A stretch of 64,000 nt of DNA, from positions 3,908,001 to 3,972,000 of the forward strand of contig CM119371.1 of NCBI GenBank assembly GCA_051294905.1, read 5' to 3'. The position numbers and the translations under genes are program-made. Each line of letters begins with the position of its first letter. Position 1 is the first letter of the stretch. The notes under the pieces are model-generated. The model did not search any database. It saw only the letters and a list, made by a program, of their open reading frames with translations, and was not told the origin of the DNA. Origin of the DNA: Botryllus schlosseri. Lineage: Eukaryota. This document shows, one piece after another, positions 12,226-24,887 of the stretch.

Positions 12226-15200
12226 TTACAAGTAAGTACCACAAGATATAACAAATTCTGCAACATGGGATAACATTTCGGGGATGATCAGTAGATTTTC
12301 GAGTGTTGCAGTAATTTTGAGCTCGCGTGCCCTGTCGATTAAAAATTCCGATGAAAATCATATCGATTGCAGTGCAGCAAAAAATGCTCGACTGTATCAG
12401 GTACTGTACAATGGTCGCATAGGTCGGTGTCGCTACATCCAATTTTATATAAATGCGCTTTCAGGCGGCAATGGCCTGAACGAAGCCGAAATATTATTCG
12501 TTCGTAAAGCCTATGTCGATGCATCGATGGAAAGTGGCCATCAGTCAATGATCTATGGAAATTTCGATAGTGACCTCCACGCTCATTTCGTTGATATTCG
12601 GCGTTCCAGGTCGCTCTACAGTATTGACGTACTTCGGCTTTCGCCTCAGCGTGGCTAATTTTTTCTGGAAGCGTCTGAGAAGGGGTATTTTCGATATTGG
12701 TCCTGGCAGCTTGCCAAGCCAATTTATCAGCTAATTCATTACCACCGATATCAGCATGCCCCGGTACCCAGGCCAGGACAACAATGGCGCCTTTCTGAAC
12801 CACTTGATTCAGCAAGCGACCACATTCAAATATAACATTCTGCGTTTGCGGTGCCTGCAGGTTGGTCATAGCGGATAGCACGCTCAGACTGTCCGATAGA
12901 ATCAGATATGTTTGTTGGTATGAGCCATTCTGGCAGATCCATTTTAGAGCGTGGAGAATGGCTTGTGCTTCTATGGAGAAGATTGACTTAAGAGTGGAAC
13001 ATGACTGGGAAAAGTTTATCATCAGCGACGGGATGGTAAATGCAAAACCGGCTCCCTCTGCTGATTTGGAGCCGTCAGTGTATATTTCAGTGGCATCCCT
13101 ATATCGTTCGAATATGAAGTCCAGGACTATGGGTTTATGCGACAGAGGTGCGATATCTTTTTTAATGATTTTTGCAAGGTCTAAATCAATATTAGGTGAT
13201 TGAATCAGCCATGGAGGCAAATTTGGAAGACTTTTTCTTTCCAAGGCAAGGTTATTCAGAGACTCGACATTGGTGGCGATGTTGAAGGTAATGAATTTTG
13301 GGTTCATGAGGCTATATATCTCCTGCCAAGAGTCTTCAAGCACTCCTAATGTTGGATGTTCGTGAGCCTGGTAACCTCTAAGGTGACAGCGATAGTTAAG
13401 GCTAAGCTGTTTGTGGCGCAGATGGAGAGGAAGCTCGTCACATGATGCTTCAAGTGCACAAATGGGGGTGCTGCGCATTGCTCCACAGCAGAGGCGGAGA
13501 GCTTGATTTCGTATGGTGCGTAACTTGTCCAGATACTTTTTTGGGGCGAAGTAATATGCTGGTAACCCATAGTCAATCAGTGATCGTATCAGCGCCCTGA
13601 AAAGTTGCAGCAATGGTCTTTTACTCGCTCCCCATGTGGTACCAGTCACGACTCTGATTAGATTCAGTCTGTTGGAGCACTTTTTGGAAATCGTATCGAT
13701 ATGTTGCTTATAGTTAAGCAATTTGTCAAACGTGATACCCAAATATTTGTAGGTGTCGACAAATTCAAGTTCATGGTCACCAGTTTTCAAGATAAGTGGA
13801 GGAATTTTCCTTTTCTTCGTGAACAGCATGCCTACGGTCTTTGCCTTGCTGATGGTAAACCCCCATCTGGAACACCAGTCGCTTATTACATCGAGTGATG
13901 ATTGAATGGAAGACAAGAGGGGCTGGATAAGAAGACCGCTATCCCAAACAGCGCAGTCATCTGCGAACACCGCATGTTCAGACCGATGACCTAACGAGCT
14001 CGGTAAATCATTGATCATTACCGCAAACAGCAAGGGGCTGAGAACGCTTCCCTGTGGTATACCGTTCTGCAGTACATAACTGTCGGAAAGAGTGTTTCCT
14101 ACGGTCACCTGGAAAGTTCTGTCAGAAAGGAAATTTGTAATCCATCGGTGCATGTGTCCGCGTATACCGAGCTGGTATAGTTTGTACAGAAGTGCGTGGC
14201 GCCACACCATATCGTAGGCTCGACTTATGTCTAAGAAGACCGCTACCACCGATCGCTGGTGATGGATATTCTTGTAAATCGCGTCGTGGAGACGCAGTAT
14301 GTGGTCCAGGGTGCTTCGACCACGCCGGAAGCCGGACTGTGAGGGATGTATCAGATTTTTTGACTCCAAATCCCATCTTAATCGATTGGTGACCATTACT
14401 TCCATGACTTTACAAATGTGACTCGTGAGAGATATAGGACGGTACGATTCCACAGAGGTAGGATCTTTGCCCTTTTTGGCAATTGGGCAGACTATGGCAT
14501 GTTTCCACGAGACTGGCAATTTCCCCGTCTCCCAGGATGCATTGTATAGTTTCAAAAGATCGGTGCGACCGGAGGATGATAGATTTTTTAACATCGAATA
14601 CCCTATGGAGTCCTCCCCGGGTGAAGTTGATTTTCGGCTACGCAAAGCTTGATTCAGTTCGGCAAGAGTGAATTCGATGTTTATGATCGAATTCCTGTGC
14701 CGATCTGGTTCGTTGTCAGCGGTAAGATGAACCGTGTTTTCAAAGTTAGCCTTCGTTATACGAAATCCTGCTGGGTAGTTGTCGGAGCTGCTCGTTTTTG
14801 CGAAGTGTGAAGCCAGTGTATTAGCTTTGGTTCTGTTATTTTGAGAAATAGACCCGTTCGACTTCAGCGTTGGTATGGAATTGAACGTATGCACTCCCGA
14901 CATAGATTTCATAACGTGCCAGACTTTCGCCATCTGCGTACGGGAGTCCAATGTACCACAAAAATCCTCCCAACATTTGCGTTTAGCAGAAAGGATGGTT
15001 TTTCGACATTCGGCTCTCATGCGTTTGAAGGCGATCACGTCTCGAATGTGAAACGTACGTTTCATTTTCAAGTAAGCAGCCCTTTTCCCGCGCACAGCAC
15101 GGGTACATCCCACGTTCCACCAAGGTACGGCTATTTTCGTTGATATTTTCGGTCGTGGGATCGACTCTCCCGCCGCTAAAAGTAGGCTATTTGTGAAATG

Positions 15201-15994
15201 GCGGTGAAGGTCTTCAGTTTCCCCCATAGGAACGAAGTTGGATTGGAGGTGGAAATCCGCAGCAGCCGAGAAGGCTGACCAGTTCGCCTTACTGTAATCC
15301 CATGTACGTTTTGATGAATTGCACGACGCCCTATTATTGTATGTGGTCTGGACTACAACGTGATCACTACCGATGAGCTGGTCCGTTACTGTTGTGGCAC
15401 ATCTCGCCGCAATGTCCCGAGACGACATCGACAGATCAAGAAGTGACCAGCGATGGACGGCATCACACGCAATATTCATACGAGTGGGTGACGATGAATT
15501 CAACAGGACAAGGTCGTTTCTATCCATTATTTCGCAGAGTTGGTTGCCACGTGCATTTGTCGAGTGGCTCCATGAAGAATGGTGCGCATTGAAGTCGCCG
15601 CATATAATGGAGCGTGATGACAAAGAGCCGAATATCCTAAAATCACTAGCTGTAGTTTCACAGTCCGGGGGTATGTAAACGTTGCATATGTTCAAGTTCC
15701 CTACTCGCACACATAGTACCTCAAAAACGGCTGACGAGACATTGTTCGAAAGAGACGCATTGAGCGATGCTCGAACAAAAGTGGCAATACCGCCAGAGTG
15801 CACCGTCTTATCACGGCGGAATAGTTGGTACCCCCTAGTTTTGGTGTGTACTTTTGGACAAGATGGGATTCTTGAATAAGAATAACGTCTGGTTGAATGG
15901 TTAAGGTTGACAAGTAGTGCTTAAATTCGTGTAGCTTGCGATAGATGCCCCTGCAGTTCCACTGTAAAATGACTAAAGAGTTGTGATTATCCAT
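12226..15994 (-). CDS. LINE ORF2: APE endonuclease, reverse transcriptase, RNase H and C-terminal CCHC (two 1-nt frameshifts)
   Basis: APE motifs QWNCRG, IQESHL, GDFNAH, SDH. RT motifs YRPISL, FLDISRAYD, GIPQGSVLSP, FADD. RNase H motifs YTDGSK, SDS, WVPGH..GNE.AD. CX2C..H..C at the end. The frame shifts at the C5 run 15831-15835 and the A5 run 12341-12345. Confidence 0.93.
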
Positions 15995-17405
15995 TTAAAG
16001 TGCCATTTGACGTCTGGGAGGGAGTGTCTTCGGTCTCACCAAAGCTTTTTGTGACATTTTTCAGAGAGACTGGGTCAACAGAAAATCCCAAATATTTGCT
16101 GGCAGCTTTGGCTACAATAGTATGTAGAACGGTACCACTGTCGCTAGATTTGCAAGCATTTACAGTTATCTTAACGATTTCAGCAATGAGCGCAAGGAGG
16201 ACTACGGGGTCAATAGAAGCAAGCCCGCTTGATGCGGTTTCGACTGTGGGGTTGGCAGCAGTTCGAGCAGGTGGTGGTTGTCGCCAGTGGCGCAGGTCAC
16301 CGTCGTTGGGCTGTGGGGTGGTAGGCCTGTAACTCCGACCACGGGTTAGTACATTCTTATAACTAAGCCGCTGCGGGTATGGCTTTGAGATCCTGTGTAC
16401 GTCAAGTCTGTTGGGGGCAGGATCATCTACGATTACCGACTCATGGTACTCGGACACGGTCTCGGGAGTTTCCTTGGGTTGTGGTTGTGGTTGTGTGAGG
16501 GACATATGATATCCCTCTCTAAGAGCATTAAATTTGGCTTCTTCCTTGTATATGATGCAACCACCATATGCAGCGCTGCGTTCCTCGTTGCAATTTACAC
16601 ATTTTTTGTTGTTTGGACAGTCGTCATACGTGTGATCACGGCCACCGCATTTGGAGCAGCAACGTTTTCCGCGGCAGTGCTTGGCGACATGCCCAAAGCG
16701 ATTGCATTGGAAGCATCTCGTTGGCGGTGGATTATATTGTCTCGTTTTAAAACGAAGATAGTGGAACATCACGTGCGGTGGAATCGTGACCGTGCTGAAA
16801 GACAGCAGAACTGCAGTTGTACTAACAGTGCCATCTTTCGTTTTTTTGGTGAGCCTTTTAACATGAATTACATTCATGCTGCGAAAACTCTCTAAGAGCT
16901 CCTGTTCCGATATTTCGACAGGTACTCCAGGAATAACTGCGCGACTTGCGTATGGTCTGGGTTGAAAGATTGATGTCTTAATTTTAATGGTTGTCGATGC
17001 GGACTTCAAAATGGTGCAATCAAGGAGCTGCTTTGCTTGCTTTTCGTTGTTACAAGTGATAAGGATGTCACCCGAGCGAAGAACCTTGATATCAGCATAG
17101 CTGCCTATTGACGCATAAAGTGCCTTATTAACCAAGTCTGGATGATACGATTTCATTAGTCTACCCTCTCCACTGAGCAAAACCTTGAGATTTCCCGAGA
17201 CAGGGATGGAAGACGGTACGGCAGAAGATACTTGCGAAGGAGATGTTACTTTAGGACAAGGATCTGGATTGTTAGGCGTAGTTGCATAGTCTCTAGCTAT
17301 AACCTTAGCGCCATTTCCATTTTCATCGGAGTCACTCTCAGCTTCCTTAACGCTACACTTCTTGCGCTTCATACGACTAGACGTTTCTGCGTCCATGTTC
17401 TCCAT
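15987..17405 (-). CDS. LINE ORF1, gag-like nucleic-acid-binding protein (472 aa)
   Basis: Zinc knuckles CFQCNRFGHVAKHC, CSKCGGRDHTYDDC and a degenerate CVNCNEERSAAYGGC. Overlaps the ORF2 start by 8 nt. Confidence 0.92.
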   Translation of the reverse strand: MENMDAETSSRMKRKKCSVKEAESDSDENGNGAKVIARDYATTPNNPDPCPKVTSPSQVSSAVPSSIPVSGNLKVLLSGEGRLMKSYHPDLVNKALYASIGSYADIKVLRSGDILITCNNEKQAKQLLDCTILKSASTTIKIKTSIFQPRPYASRAVIPGVPVEISEQELLESFRSMNVIHVKRLTKKTKDGTVSTTAVLLSFSTVTIPPHVMFHYLRFKTRQYNPPPTRCFQCNRFGHVAKHCRGKRCCSKCGGRDHTYDDCPNNKKCVNCNEERSAAYGGCIIYKEEAKFNALREGYHMSLTQPQPQPKETPETVSEYHESVIVDDPAPNRLDVHRISKPYPQRLSYKNVLTRGRSYRPTTPQPNDGDLRHWRQPPPARTAANPTVETASSGLASIDPVVLLALIAEIVKITVNACKSSDSGTVLHTIVAKAASKYLGFSVDPVSLKNVTKSFGETEDTPSQTSNGTLNG

Positions 17406-20400
17406 TTCCTACAAGAGGAATTGGAGAACTACTGACTAGACTACTTTGACTAGTGTATCTATTGGTGATTAACTGATACGGTTAGATAATGAAATGACAA
17501 AGCGCCTCTGTCTGAACGACTCGGTGCTTTGATAGAGCTGACAAGAGCTAATCAAGAGACGACCGTACTCGACGACGTCTAGCGATTGAATGTGAACATA
17601 TAGAGTAGTGAGTGAGTAATTAAACTACATACCCCGATTTTACTATATTCCGAGATCCGGATCACGATTCAAGTCTACCTGAGAATCCGAACTACCCTGT
17701 GAAGTTGATATATCAAGTTGTGAACCGTGAAAGGGTTGTAATCTCGGTGAAATAATGTGCGACACATTTTTCCACAAGTCGAATGCATGTCGGTTCATAC
17801 TAAGACCATGTTACGGTCAAATATGTGTGTTTTTCTGTCTCCAAGTCAGCTACCCCCACATTGAATGTACAGAGTCGGTGCATGTATGAGACTTCAGAAC
17901 ATGAATTTGTAATCCATGATGCTTGTAGTGCCGGCCATGATGTTATCCATGATGTATGTAATGTCACACACCTCCTTTACGCGAATACTTGGTATCTATG
18001 AACAATCGTGAAGTATACTGGATGTGTAATGTCTTGTTATTTTCATGGAAACACGGGGGTGTAACATGTTTGAATATTGTTCATTGGTTTGTCGATTCAG
18101 AGTTGATATCCGGATCCGGTTAATACTTTCTCGGGTTTCCGATTTCAAACTGAACGGTGGGATATGTATTGACCAATAAAGAGTGACACAATATAGTAAA
18201 CATGTGTGAGAAAACTCACAAGTAACCCGGATTTGTTAGCGCGACGGGGACATAAATTCAACCATTATCCGTGTACCAAGCAGTTACCAAAGTCATGGAG
18301 GATGCTAATTTCAACATATTGACTCTGTGGGAGGCTAAAGCACGAACCGGGACACACACAGACACACACACCAGGACACACAATATCCGTCGATTTCCAA
18401 AGCATACATTTCGATATACAAGAGCGTATTGTTATTTCATGTGGTTAACCGTTGATATAGATGCGATGCGATCGACGCGGGTATACTCTGAAACCGGTTG
18501 TCCGTTTATATGAGAAAAGATGCTGTGAAGGACTTTAAAAAGCGGCAGTTGAGCAAGACGTAGTTTGCTTACTGCAGTAATTCATTTCACTTGCAGAACT
18601 TCTATGACCAAGCTCCACGTGTGTGTTTCAGAGTAGTTCCAAATGAATGACTTTCATTTTCTCGTGCTTGAATTCGTTTTACCATACTGTAAAATACTTT
18701 TACATGCCCAAGTTGGGGATCCTCGTTACATTGTCTTCTTGTGTGTTGGTGATTAAATACATTGCGACGCTGTCACTTGGCTCTTAATTGGGTTGTTTCA
18801 TCTGAAAGAACTAATTTTGTCTGTTATAATACTTTATTAGACTTGTATGGCGAGGCGTCTGGTATCGAGAAGCGAGATCGCAAGCAATCATTGAGTCAGT
18901 CGTGATGTCTGATTGGGAGTGTCGGCCTCTTATATCCAGCAAGTGTAATGTGCCATATTAGGCCATAAGTATCGTAGGCCCCGCGTGAAGTGTACAAATT
19001 TCGATGTTGCGCAAATACCACAAACTTTGCTTGCTTTCAGAGCCGGCAACTAAATGCAAGACAGACTTTACGCAAAAGTTGCTATTCTGAAAATTTTTGT
19101 CAAGGTAATGGTTTGAAAACTTATACTTGAGCACTCGTACTTCTTGAGAATACCCAAGTAGGTTTTTTTGCCTAGATGCACCACATAGTCTCAAGTCCTT
19201 ATGATATTGGAGTACATCAACTTCATGATAGCTAGAGTATTAAACAGTAATATACCTAGAGTACTAACGTTTTACTTACTCGGAAATGACTACTTCTACC
19301 TTATTTTAAAGGATACCTCGTTCGAAGCGAAATTGTATGTGGTTTTGGATAACATCCAAGATGTAGGCTCACTTTGAAGGTTACTTCGTAAAACTCAAAT
19401 ATTGCGCAGTGAGAGTTCGCAAATTCCCGAAGTATTTTTGTTATTTTTATTGCGATAAGTCATTCTGCAGCGCGAAAATGCGTCGTAGGATATAGATGAA
19501 ACTAGCACCACTCATCCAGACCGCTGAAAACAGTACGTTTCAACATTTAGTAGCAGTAAATTTCTAGTAAAGTACAAGACGTGATGATTTCCGAGTGAGT
19601 TAAAAAGTATGGCAGGTATAGTTTACCTGAAAACCGAATACTCTGAAATAGAAGTAGATGCAGTGTAAATAGTTAATCACTTGATTAAGTTTAGCGCAAG
19701 CAGATAAAACCTATACTTGAGTAGTACAAAATGCACGAGTACTTCGCTATCGCCTCCCTGCACGTAATAAGTGCTTTTACCGATACTCGTCGGTTTCAGT
19801 TTTAGATAGAATTCAGAAACCAAATAATTTCATAAACATAAGCTAATTTAATGATTTTACTCGAATGTACTATGCCGCGCTGATAAGATTAATTATAATA
19901 TACTTATCATGTTACAGCGATTTTTCTAGCGTAGAAAATCTTTAAAATGTAGTAAGCAGGCCAAATGAAGATATTCGTTGAGTTGAATAAACATAAAAAA
20001 TACTCTAGACCACTTTATCGGTACTTTACAGTTTCAGTTTTAGATAAAATTTGTCCCTTTCACCTATAATTACAACTCCTCGCTATCTAAACATGTTTAG
20101 AATATATTATTTGCGATGATACGAACCCGTGAAGTGCTCAAGTAGCTTTTCGTAGGATATAGATAAAACTGACAACACTCACCAAGACCGCTGGTCCACT
20201 GAAAAAAGTACATTGTAGCAGTAAAATCCTACTAAAGTACAAGAAGTCATGTTTTCCCAGTTAGTTGAAAAGTAAGTATTGAAGGTATAGTTTGCTGGAA
20301 AAAGCGAAAAACTCTGAAATCGAAGTAGATGCAGTGTAAATAGGTAATCACTTCATTAAGTATAGCGCAAGCAGGCCAAACCTATACTTGAGTATTGCAA

Positions 20401-20653
20401 AATGTACAAGTACTTCGCTATGTTCTCCCTCCACGTAAAAAGTGACTAGGTTTTAGACTACTTTATCGGTACTCGACAGTTTCAGTTTTAGATAAAATTT
20501 GGTAAGACTTTAAATTTTAAAGTAGTTTGAGCTTACGTTTGTATCACCTTGACAAGTAACATTATCAGACATGAAAATGATACTATCACCTAATATAGAA
20601 GTTAACACGCGTCAATGTGCTTCGGAATTCACGAGAAATTGCTTACTAAGAGA

Positions 20654-20905
20654 AGTATATTCTTGTATACACAATAGTGAAGAGAATCTTTAAAATGTAG
20701 TAAGCAGGCCGATGGGTATTCGTTTAGTTGTATAGGCATAAAAAACATTCCCGCGCGCCTTAGTATTAGGTGGTAGGGTTAGGAAGTGTTTTGTTTAAGA
20801 GCGCGCGGGAATGTTTTTTATGCCTATACAACTAAACGAATACCCATCGGCCTGCTTACTACATTTTAAAGATTCTCTTCACTATTGTGTATACAAGAAT
20901 ATACT
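20654..20905. repeat. Centre of the palindrome: 105-bp perfect stem plus 42-nt loop
   Basis: 20654-20758 is the reverse complement of 20801-20905. The loop is 20759-20800. Confidence 0.92.
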
Positions 20906-22272
20906 AATTTGCGAACTCTCACTGCGCAATATTTGAGTTTTACGAAGTAACCTTCAAAGTGAGCCTACATCTTGGATGTTATCCAAAACCACATACAATT
21001 TCGCTTCGAACGAGGTATCCTTTAAAATAAGGTAGAAGTAGTCATTTCCGAGTAAGTAAAACGTTAGTACTCTAGGTATATTACTGTTTAATACTCTAGC
21101 TATCATGAAGTTGATGTACTCCAATATCATAAGGACTTGAGACTATGTGGTGCATCTAGGCAAAAAACCTACTTGGGTATTCTCAAGAAGTACGAGTGCT
21201 CAAGTATAAGTTTTCAAACCATTACCTTGACAAAATTTTCAGAATAGCAACTTTTGCGTAAATTCTGTCTTGCATTTAGTTGCCGGCTCTGAAAGCAAGA
21301 AAAGTTTGTGGTATTTGCGCAACATCGAAATTTGTACACTTCACGCGGGGCCTACGATACTTATCGCCTAATATGGCACACTACACTTGCTGGATATAAG
21401 AGGCCGACACTCCCAATCAAACATCACGACTGACTCAATGATTGCTTGCGATCTCACTTCTCGATACCAGACGCCTCGCCATACAAGTCTAATAAAGTAT
21501 TATAACAGACAAAATTAGTTCTTTCAGATGAAACAACCCAATTAAGAGCCAAGTGACAGCGTCGCAATGTATTTAATCACCAACACACAAGAAGACAATG
21601 TAACGAGGATCCCCAACTTGGGCATGTAAAAGTATTTTACAGTATGGTAAAACGAATTCAAGCACGTGAAAATGAAATTCATTCATTTGGAACTACTCTG
21701 AAACACACACGTGGAGCTTGGTCATAGAAGTTCTGCAAGTGAAATGAATTACTGCAGTAAGCAAACTACGTCTTGCTCAACTGCCGCTTTTTAAAGTCCT
21801 TCACAGCATCTTTTCTCATATAAACGGACAACCGGTTTCAGAGTATACCCGCGTCGATCGCATCGCATCTATATCAACGGTTAACCACATAAAATAACAA
21901 TATGCTCTTGTATATCGAAATGTATGCTTTGGAAATCGACGGATATTGTGTGTCCTGGTGTGTGTGTCTGTGTGTGTCCCGGTTCGTGCTTTAGCCTCCC
22001 ACAGAGTCAATATGTTGAAATTAGCAACCTCCATGACTTTGGTAACTGCTTGGTACACGGATAATGGTTGAATTTATGTCCCCGTCGCGCTAACAAATCC
22101 GGGTTACTTGTAAGTTTTCTCACACATGTTTACTATATTGTGTCACTCTTTATTGGTCAATACATATCCCACCGTTCAGTTTGAAATCGGAAACCCGAGA
22201 AAGTATTAACCGGATCCGGATATCAACTCTGAATCGACAAACCAATGAACAATATTCAAACATGTTACACCC

Positions 22273-23866
22273 CCGTGTTTCCATGAAAATAACAAGACAT
22301 TACACATCCAGTATACTTCACGATTGTTCATAGATAGCAAGTATTCGCGTAAAGGAGGTGTGTGACATTACATACATCATGGATAACATCATGGCCGGCA
22401 CTACAAGCATCATGGATTACAAATTCATGTTCTGAAGTCTCATACATGCACCGACTCTGTACATTCAATGTGGGGGTAGCTGACTTGGAGACAGAAAAAC
22501 ACACATATTTGACCGTAACATGGTCTTAGTATGAACCGACATGCATTCGACTTGTGGAAAAATGTGTCGCACACTATTTCACCGAGATTACAACCCTTTC
22601 ACGGTTCACAACTTGATATATCAACTTCACAGGGTAGTTCGGATTCTCAGGTAGACTTGAATCGTGATCCGGATCTCGGAATATAGTAAAATCGGGGTAT
22701 GTAGTTTAATTACTCACTCACTACTCTATATGTTGGTGGTGGTCATACCCTGCAAACTTTTTTTGGTGTGAACGTAGTGTTTCACCTTACATCAGTTGGT
22801 TCAATGTATGTACCGGGTTGTGAAAACTGTCGCTGTTTTGACTATGTGTCACAATAAATACTAAATACGAGAATTCGTTACTCGTCGAAACGCCGCAGTC
22901 AGACATCGTTAACAGCGATTCCGTGTATGGCAATCTTGAGTTCAATTGCGGTTTTGTGATGTTAACCAAGCGGCTGTGTTTCTGCGGTGTGAAGACTGAA
23001 TTCGTGTTGTTTCCCCGCAAGAGTGCGATGTCTATTTCACACCTAGAGCAATTATAAAACGCATCTTCGAAACTTTTGGTCTAGTTCATCCGCTTGCATT
23101 TCGAAACGGACCATCACGACAAGACTCTAACCCACCACATCCGTGGTTTCAGTTGATCATATCGAAGAATATCATGTCAATCCGTGTTACCACCCACAGA
23201 TTTCGCCATCCTCCCACGGTAGTGCTAAGACACAGACAAGATGCGGTGGTGGAAATATTGAAAATGAGAAAGCAGACCTTGGTGTCATTTGATTTGGATT
23301 TTACACCCGATAAACCCACCATTCGTACTGCGCATTGGGATGAGGATTCTATCATTGATGTCGAGGGAAAGGAGATGTACAGATTTGTTGGTGTCGTGAA
23401 TATTCAACGAAAGTCGGGGTATATGGTTGTGCATGGTTCGCGTATTTGACTGTGGAGATATCGCTATACATAACGTGCTGTTCACCGTATCGATAGCACC
23501 AACGAATATCCGTGAAAGGGTTGTAATCTCGGTGAAATAGTGTGCGACACATTTTTCCACAAGTCGAATGCATGTCGGTTCATACTAAGACCATGTTACG
23601 GTCAAATATGTGTGTTTTTCTGTCGCACCTATAGGACGCCCCCTTGCCACATCATCCACCCATTGCCGCACCTATAGCACACCCATTGCCACATCATCTG
23701 CGCCACATCATCAAGTGCCACGCCTATAGTGCCACATCATCCATTGCCACATCATCACCGCATTGATTGCCGCATCTATATGGTGCACAGCGCCGCATCA
23801 ACCAGCGCGATGTCGATTGGAAGTATACTGGATGTGTAATGTCTTGTTATTTTCATGGAAACACGG
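22273..23866. repeat. Internal cassette bounded by nested 47-bp and 115-bp inverted repeats (intact right-arm copy)
   Basis: 47-bp IR at 22273-22319 / 23820-23866. 115-bp IR at 22490-22604 / 23510-23624. Confidence 0.88.
23153..23449 (+). pseudogene. Possible remnant ORF of unknown function in the cassette (mirror copy 11396-11692, minus strand)
   Basis: 98-aa ORF with protein-like composition. The frame stays open about 50 codons further upstream. No recognisable motif. Confidence 0.3.
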
Positions 23867-24887
23867 TATTTGATATGTTCCATTGTCATAATGTCCTACA
23901 CCTGTGAACCAATCTTCAAGTTGCGCATTCAATGTTTAGCTCGGTAATTCCGTTATTAAAGTTGAGTATGCATAGGTACGTGCTACGCTCCCGCAAAGGT
24001 CGGTATGGAACTGCGTTAGTTTAAAAGTTGTTCAATCATGAAATGCGTAACAAAATTAGACATGGTGCATTGTCATAATGTCTTACAACTGCGTACCGAG
24101 TTTCAAGGTGGGGAGTCGATTATTAATACGGTAATTCCGTTATTAAAGTTGACTATGTATAGGTACGTGCTACGCTACGGAAAAACAGATTTAGCTAAAA
24201 GTCTGTATAGAACTGCGTTGGTTTTAAAGGTGTTACATCATGGAATGCCTGACGAAATTTGGTATGGTGCATTGTTATATGTCCTACAACTGCGTACCAA
24301 CGTTCAAGGTGAGAATTTAATGTTTAACATGCTAATTCTGTTACTAAAATTGACTATGTATCGGTATATGCTATGTTCACGAAAAACAGATATGCGTAAA
24401 AGTCGATATTCGACTGCGATAGTTTCAAAGGTGTTCCATCATTAGATGTGTGATGAAATTTAGCATGGTGCATTGCCATAATGTCCTACAACTACGTATC
24501 AAGTTTAGAGTTGGTATTCAATGTTAAGCATGGTAATTCCGTTATTAAAGTTGACTATGTATAGGTACGTTCTATACGCTCCCGCAAAACAGATGTACGC
24601 AAAAAGTCGATGTAGAGCCGCGTTAGTTTTAAAGTTGTTCCATTATGAAATGCGTGAGGAAATTTGGTATGCTACATAATCACAATGTCCTACAACTACG
24701 TACCAAGTTGCAAGGTGAGGAGTCACATATTAGCTTGGTAATTCTGTTATTAAAGCTGACTATGTATATGTATACGCTACCGAAAACAGATTTAGGCAAA
24801 AGTTGCTATAGAACTGCGTTAGTTTTAAAGTTGTTCCATCATGAAATGGTTGATGAAATTTGGTATGCTGCATAATCACAATGCCCT
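23867..24887. repeat. ~200-bp tandem repeat array (right-arm mirror)
   Basis: Reverse complement of 9958-10978. Confidence 0.85.

Larger units (their letters stand above)
12124..17594 (-). mobile_element. Full-length non-LTR retrotransposon, I-group (I/Nimb-like)
   Basis: Two ORFs (gag-like; APE-RT-RNase H). (TAA)n 3' tail near 12124. 5' end CACATTC. 13-bp TSD AACATATAGAGTA (12111-12123, 17595-17607). The empty site is visible in the right arm at ~22722-22734. Confidence 0.95.
10979..18056. repeat. Internal cassette bounded by nested 47-bp and 115-bp inverted repeats (left-arm copy, interrupted by the LINE)
   Basis: 47-bp IR at 10979-11025 / 18010-18056. 115-bp IR at 11221-11335 / 17726-17839. 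Confidence 0.85.

Noticed and set aside
12284..16895. Plus-strand ORFs overlapping the LINE, and minus-strand ORFs over the zinc-finger genes
   Set aside because: Antisense shadows of real coding frames, with no motifs of their own.
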